Positions 43,704-49,383 of a DNA stretch of 49,383 nt are shown here, in pieces. A program made the translations under genes and the position numbers. A model generated the notes under the pieces. The model was not told where the DNA came from. It worked only from the letters and a program-made list of their open reading frames with translations, and did not search any database. The stretch is from NCBI GenBank assembly GCA_026025795.1, contig JAPEUG010000096.1, positions 1-49,383 on the forward strand, written 5' to 3'. The first letter of the stretch is position 1, and each line of letters begins with the position of its first letter. Origin of the DNA: Thelocarpon superellum. Taxonomy: Eukaryota.

Positions 43704-45807
43704 ATGTCTGCCGCCGTTGCGATTGCAACGCGCTCACAACAACCTTCTTCGACTCACACAGCCTCCGGTTCGACCCCTAGAATGGGCACAAAGTCTCCAG
43801 TCGACAAGAAGAAGACGGTTGTGAAGTTCGAAGGTGCGTTCGCGGTCGGCTGCATCACTTTTCACCCTCACGTCATCTTCATGACGTAGCCACTTCCCAC
43901 GACTATCTGCACCTCACACCTGCCATGAATTCCATTACGGCTTCATCTTATTCTATCTCCTTCGGTCATCCGAACGCTAACCCCCTCGACCACAGGTTCG
44001 ACGGAGCGAGAATCATCCACCAAGGCGCGATCAAGTACGGGTAAAGCCTCACTCCTGTTCCTCCCTTATCCCTTTCTCCTCCCTTCCATGGCTATCATCA
44101 ACTATCGCTGTGGCTGTCTTACCAGACGCTGACCGTGTCGTAGATTTGTCGGGAACGGTGCAGTCTGCACAGGGCCAGACCCTGAAAGACTTGTCCGATC
44201 CCCCCAATGTGGAGACGACTCAACCGCTCGCCCCACCACCTCGACCCGCCACCCAGAACGCGTCGGATGCACCCGATTATTTCTCGGGAGTGCACAACGG
44301 CAGTCACTTCTCCTTGGAGCCCAACCCGTTTGAGCAATCCTTTGGAAACCCCGCGGCCGAGACCCCGGGCAAGTCGCTACTCCCACCCGTCGCCTCGCTG
44401 ACGTCTCCGGCCTCATTACTGCGCGAGGGAGGTCAATCCGCGGGCTTTAACTGGCCGAACTCACTGCGGTCGGGACCACTCAGTCCGGCGATGCTTACGG
44501 GCCCGACGGGCGCGAGCGACTATTTCGACGGTCATCTGCGCGGCGGATTTCCTACACCTAACGAGTCGTCGCTGCGCACCGGATTAACACCAGGTGGAGG
44601 TGGATCCATGTTTCCTGCTCCTAGCCCGAATACCCAGGCTGTCCTTCAACAAATGGCGAGCGGTGGGGCGACGCCTAGCACACTCGACTTCCACCGAACG
44701 GCAATGTCGGCAGCTGCTGTGCGGAAGGCGGATGGCGCCTTCGTCGCCGCGGACGCCGCTACTGCCTCGCAGGCGCCGGAGCACGGGGACATGTCTACCA
44801 GAGGAGAGGTTAAGGCTGGCCAAACCAAGGCAGCCGGAAACGGGGCGGCCCCTACAGACCCTTTTGGCCAACATGACGCCAATGACGCGGCCAACGGGCT
44901 CTTCCTCCTTGCACAAGCGCGCAATGGCTCACAAAGCAACGCGCAATTTGCGACGGTCCCTGCTGCCACCGCCAATCCAATAGGGATGCCGGCGGCCACC
45001 AACGGCACCGCTCCCCCAGTGATGGTCAGTGGCCAGGCTATGCGAGGGAACCAGTCACACGAGGCCTCGCCGAGTCTGGCCAAACGCGCGGCACGCAATG
45101 CCAGTGGATCGCTCGGAAGCATCTCTGGCTCGGCGCGGGGAATGAGCGAGATGAGCGGCGAGTTGTCGGAGAGTGCCACGAGCGAACAAAACAAGCCCAA
45201 CACACGGAACAAGGGTAAGCGTGGAGGAAACCAGGGCAAAACTGGCCAGGCCAACCACGCACGACGAAAGGCCGAGGATACTCCGAGCAAGGCTCCGCCC
45301 AGCAAGAAGACCAAGGGCAACAGTGGGATGGCTATGCCAGACTTCAACGCCGACTCGGATGAAGAGATGGACATGAAGGAGGAGATGTTGAATGAAAATG
45401 GAAAGAAGATGACGGACGAGGAGAAGCGCAAGAACTTCTTGGAGCGGAATCGGTATGTCGTTACGGTCGGTAGGAGGAGGCCAGCCCACTAACTGTTGTG
45501 CAGGGTCGCCGCATTGAAGTGCCGACAGCGCAAGAAGCAGTGGCTAGCGAACCTGCAGCACAAAGTGGAAGCGTACAGCAGCGACAACGACGCGCTCAGC
45601 TCGCAGGTGACGCAGTTACGTGAGGAGATTGTGAACCTCAAGACGCTTTTGCTGGCCCACAAGGACTGTCCCGTGTCGCAGGCGCAGGGCTTGGGGTCCA
45701 TGGGCATGGGCATGGCACCGGAGTTCAATCCACACACCAACCCATATGGCCTCGCTATGGCGGGTGGGGGACCGGTAATGGCGGTGCAGGCAATGCAACG
45801 GAGATAA
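43704..45807 (+). CDS. ATF1: ATF/CREB bZIP transcription factor Atf1/AtfA; exons 43704-43833, 43996-44040, 44144-45452, 45504-45807
   Basis: Atf1-specific blocks FSLEPNPFEQSFG, NSLRSGPLSPAMLTGP and TPNESSLRTGLTPGGGGSMFP. bZIP TDEEKRKNFLERNR-VAALKCRQRKKQWLANLQ...LKTLLLAHKDCPV. The N-terminal exon model is less certain than the rest. Confidence 0.93.
43870..43887. promoter_or_regulatory. Inverted pair of CRE/M26 heptamers, ACGTCAT-CTTC-ATGACGT, in atf1 intron 1
   Basis: Read directly. ATGACGT is the known Atf1-Pcr1 binding heptamer (M26) of fission yeast. Confidence 0.55.
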
Positions 45808-46788
45808 CAGGACGCGTCTTCACCAATCGGACTCCCGCTGCATCTCCTTTCACGCACCTGCATCCATCACGGTGTCTCATTCTTTACAGTGGTCTGCTTG
45901 GGGTTTGCTTCGCCGGTATCTCCCTGTCTCCTTTCCCCCCTTCTCTCTCGGGCCTCCCGGTGGCGTTGGGACGGCAACATTTCCACGACCTCATCGACGT
46001 GGGGGGCATGTGCTGAGCGTCCCGGACCCGTGGCATTGTGGGAAAGGTTCTGTGGCATGTTGGTTCTGTTCCCGGTTTATGTTGTGGCTTTTCGTGATTT
46101 ACGTGATGTTCGTACATGGCTTAGGTGGTTTCTGAGTGTAAGTACTTACATTCGTGCGTTTGTGCATTCGTGGCTTCATCTGGATGATTGTGGTGAACGG
46201 ACGAAAGCGTTGGATGGGACAGGACGGGATGGAGAGGACGGAGAGCATGCAAAGATGCTGGGTTGGGAGGGACAACAAAGTAGGGTCGGGACTCGATGGG
46301 ATGCGTACAAGAGATTAAATTCTCTCCTCTTTCTCTTGTACTTCCATCCTCTACTTCTCCTACCCAATTCGTCCCAAATAGCCCGTCTCCCTTCTTCCTC
46401 CTCCCTTCTCCCACCTGACTTTTCCGTCTCCTGCATTCACGTTGTCTCTCTCATTTTCACCGCACACGAGTGGGGAAAACGGCCACGGCCACGGGCACGG
46501 GTACGGAAACGGTACGGGAGGAAGGAACCATCAAACCATGAAACAACACAGGAGGAGAAGAGGACAAAGGAAGTAAAGAATAGCAGAGTCAGCGTCTCAG
46601 GGAGATATCATACGTTGCTATTTGCGAGCCGAATAAATATCAGGCTGTGATGAGGACGTAATGATATAAGAACATGGTGACGCTGTGGCTCTCAACTAAA
46701 AGGACGCGTACACGCTGTGTACTTTTTTGGATATCGATATGAATAGGAACTGTGAGGGTATCCGTCACCTACCCCTCGCTGATTCGAA

Positions 46789-48438
46789 CTAAACTCCCGT
46801 GTTCATGCTTTGCCATCTTCTACTTGTGTCTTCGTCCTGGCTCTCTCCCTCCGTAACACCTTCTCCCCTCCTACCGCCCCCCTTATCAGAAGGAGAGGGA
46901 GAAGTGGCAAGAGGAGCAGGCCCACTGGCATCGACGCCCGCCCAAGCCGCCTCGTTCCAGCCTGCCTGCGCGTCGACTGCACCAACGCTCTCCCCCTTCC
47001 TCGCCATCTCCTGGATATCGCTCCAGTATTCGAGCCGGCGGACTTGCGCGTCTGCCGCCTCTACGGCCGCTTGGAGGTGTCCTTGTCGCGCTCGTCGTGC
47101 CTGCGGATCTTGCGCCTTCGATGATGGAGGGGGTAATGACGGAGACGATAGTGATGTTGGTGATGTGGGAGATGTTGGTGATGTGGGAGATGTGGGCGAT
47201 GTGGGCGATGTGGGCGATGTGGGCCGCTGAGCAGGAGCAGGAGCGGCAGCAGTGGCAGTGGCAGCGTTGTGGGATCGTGATAAAAGAGCAAGAAGCTGAC
47301 GGCGCGATGTCTGAAACACGAGACTGGACATGACCGCCGGCATGGCCTCGGCGAGGTGGACGAGTTCGTACCCACCATGATCTAAGAAACTCTGCACCGC
47401 CTCGATCTTCTCCCGGTCGATGCGACCGCTCTTGAGAGTTTTCACCAGCGTGTCCATGTCGCTGATGGAGCTCATGTGAATGTCGTCTGCCACATCGGTA
47501 TGCCACGCACTGACGCTGCTAGATCGTCGTTTTCCCTCTCGCGAGCTGCCGCTGACTACGCTCGAGGCGCGGCTGACCGGACGCGAATGCACGACGAAGT
47601 AGTCGGGATGGAGGCCGATCATGTCTTGGCTGGTGCGGGGCGAGGTACTCCCGTCGCGATGATGGTGATGGGCCCGCGGGAGCGGTTTGATGCGCGCCCG
47701 GAGCCAGCGTCGGCGTCGGACAAATGAGTGGAACCAGACGTGTCGGCCGTGCCAGGCGAACCAGGGCGCGAATGAGAAGGAATATTGCCAACCTTCGTCG
47801 TCCACGTCGCCTGACATGTCCACGTACCACGACTTCCACTCCCACACCCAGCTCGGGTCGGGTACCTGGGCGTTGGTGACATCGACGGGGCTATTCTTGA
47901 AGGCGACGTTCGTCCATGGTGAGGGGTCGAAGTTGAGCAAAGAGTTATGCGAGAAGAGCGGTACCCCGAAGACGAACCATCCGCGCTGGTTCTCGTGTAG
48001 GATGTCGACGGCACGGCGAGGGTCGTCGTCTGACTCCTCCACGGCCTTAAGAGCCGATCGACGCCGGGTATGCCTCCGACCGATGCTTGTGCGACCCAGG
48101 AGTGGCAGGCCTCGATGACCGGATGTTTCGCCATCGCTGCCAGACGAGAGGGGGCCCAAGGAATCGTCGGCTTCGCTGAAACGTTGTTCATTCCATCTGG
48201 CGTACCTCCGATGTGCCAGCTCCTCCCTCAAGGTGGTCTTCCTGGCCAGCGGCGTCTCGGTCGTCCGTGGCGACGCTGACTCGGCGGGTTCTGCAGCCAA
48301 ATCGTCGGCGATGGAAATGGAGATGGACGGTCGCGCTGGCTCGGGCTGGGTCGTGTCCAGGAGGAAGATCTGGTGGTCGTAGTCGGCCGGATCGACGGTG
48401 CCATGTCGGGCGAGGACCGTCTCGTTGGGCGTGGACAT
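46789..48438 (-). CDS. SPO73: Spo73/Mug65-like dysferlin-domain protein, about 549 aa
   Basis: DysF-type Trp-rich domain VDILHENQRGWFVFGVPLFSHNSLLNFDPSPWT..AQVPDPSWVWEWKSWYVDMSGDVDDEGWQYSF..WHGRHVWFHSFVRRRRWLRAR, then IDREKIEAV and LEYWSD. First in-frame ATG at 48438. Confidence 0.82.
   Translation of the reverse strand: MSTPNETVLARHGTVDPADYDHQIFLLDTTQPEPARPSISISIADDLAAEPAESASPRTTETPLARKTTLREELAHRRYARWNEQRFSEADDSLGPLSSGSDGETSGHRGLPLLGRTSIGRRHTRRRSALKAVEESDDDPRRAVDILHENQRGWFVFGVPLFSHNSLLNFDPSPWTNVAFKNSPVDVTNAQVPDPSWVWEWKSWYVDMSGDVDDEGWQYSFSFAPWFAWHGRHVWFHSFVRRRRWLRARIKPLPRAHHHHRDGSTSPRTSQDMIGLHPDYFVVHSRPVSRASSVVSGSSREGKRRSSSVSAWHTDVADDIHMSSISDMDTLVKTLKSGRIDREKIEAVQSFLDHGGYELVHLAEAMPAVMSSLVFQTSRRQLLALLSRSHNAATATAAAPAPAQRPTSPTSPTSPTSPTSPTSPTSPTSLSSPSLPPPSSKAQDPQARRARQGHLQAAVEAADAQVRRLEYWSDIQEMARKGESVGAVDAQAGWNEAAWAGVDASGPAPLATSPSPSDKGGGRRGEGVTEGESQDEDTSRRWQSMNTGV
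47148..47224. repeat. 9-bp coding repeat giving (SPT/PTS)n, about 7-8 units, in the Spo73-like gene
   Basis: gatgttggt/gatgtggga/gatgtgggc units. The protein reads RPTSPTSPTSPTSPTSPTSPTSPTS. Confidence 0.92.
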
Positions 48439-49259
48439 CTCATTGACGAATGTCACCGGACGTCTTCACCGCAGGAGAAGTATCATGACAGCGTGGAGAT
48501 CCGGACCGCCATGATATGGCGTTGCCGCGGTCGAGTCCGCAGTTGCGAACGCTGTCGCTCTGGTGGATGAGCAGGTGACCATGCCGGCGTCTCGACGGAC
48601 GGGTAGCGGACGTTTGGCGAAGCCGAGATACTCTTGCGTTATGATCGGCCGAGCTCTCGCTGCCTACGCAGGCACCATCCATCGATCGATCCTTGTCAGG
48701 TAGGCGTATCACCGCATACGAAGTATGAAAAGGAGCATCGACCACTTTTGCACCAAGTGAAGCTATCATCTAAAAAACCATCGACGTTCCTCGCTCGACG
48801 CGCATGGCATTCTCGCACTACGTGTACTCGTACCATGGACGGAGATCAACGCTTCGCTGCACACGGTCGGCCACAAGCGAGACATGTGGCTCAAGCTGGG
48901 AGCGAGGAATGGCAAACTGGATGGCGGAGAGCGATGGGGCATAATTCAGCCACACGCCTTAGCGAAATCACACGTCATGGCGTTGCAACCGGCTTTGCAG
49001 GCGAGCGTTACGTTACTCGCACAGGCGGCTGGAGCTGCTGGAGGGGAACCCAGTACTCGTGCGAGTAGGAGGCGGAGATGGCAGGGTGGGTCCGCAAGCA
49101 CCAAACACGCCTCCGCATCTGACCACTGATCGATCCTACTGACCCGACATCACCTTACACCTACCCATTCTTCGCCTCAAGCCTAAGACGACATCTTTCT
49201 CCAACATCAGATCCTGACCATCAACGAGTCGCGTACTTTCAATCCGCATCCTCTTTATC

Positions 49260-49377
49260 ATGTCTGCACAGGGTTCCCGCGTGGGGTTGTATCTGGGCCT
49301 GGCCGTCGCCGGCGCCGGTGGCTACTATTTGTACCAAGCAGGCGGCGACACCAAGGTCGCAAAGAAGGAGATCGAAC
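49260..49377 (+). CDS. First exon of a small single-TM fungal protein, truncated by the window end
   Basis: ATG in the context TTATCATGT after a pyrimidine-rich leader. Translation MSAQGSRVGLYLGLAVAGAGGYYLYQAGGDTKVAKKEIE, followed by the donor GTAGGT at 49378. Confidence 0.75.
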
Positions 49378-49383
49378 GTAGGT

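Noticed and set aside
45889..46650. 253-aa + strand ORF downstream of atf1
   Set aside because: Non-ATG start and low-complexity UTR-like composition between convergent genes; no motifs.

Overview
Gene-dense, GC-rich nuclear DNA from a filamentous ascomycete (Pezizomycotina-type short GT-AG introns with CTRAC/CTGAT branch points); I cannot name the species. I can support 20 complete protein-coding genes, most of them spliced here by hand: MRC1, an uncharacterised protein, a class I chitin synthase, a Cys-rich GPI protein, a LMW phosphotyrosine phosphatase, a molybdate transporter, TMEM234, MRPL22, PRP24, an ORP1-like protein, a claudin-like membrane protein, UTP15, a DUF3253 protein, an Inn1/Fic1 C2 protein, a CDK10/11-type kinase, a PHYHD1-like dioxygenase, GET3, HIU hydrolase, Atf1 and Spo73/Mug65. 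There is also one truncated gene at the right edge, a tRNA-Leu(UAA) and several short tandem repeats. No CRISPR array, transposase or secondary-metabolite cluster is visible. The most unusual observations are: (1) a degenerate tandem array of about 162-bp units upstream of MRC1, the two complete units each folding into a ~100-nt hairpin; (2) a 130-nt rod-like intron in tRNA-Leu(UAA); (3) a kinase whose N-terminus looks CDK10-like; (4) a possible remote SPIDR-like protein convergent with MRC1; (5) five ATGACGT (CRE/M26) sites around atf1, including an inverted pair in intron 1. Family names come from motif recognition from memory, not from database searches.
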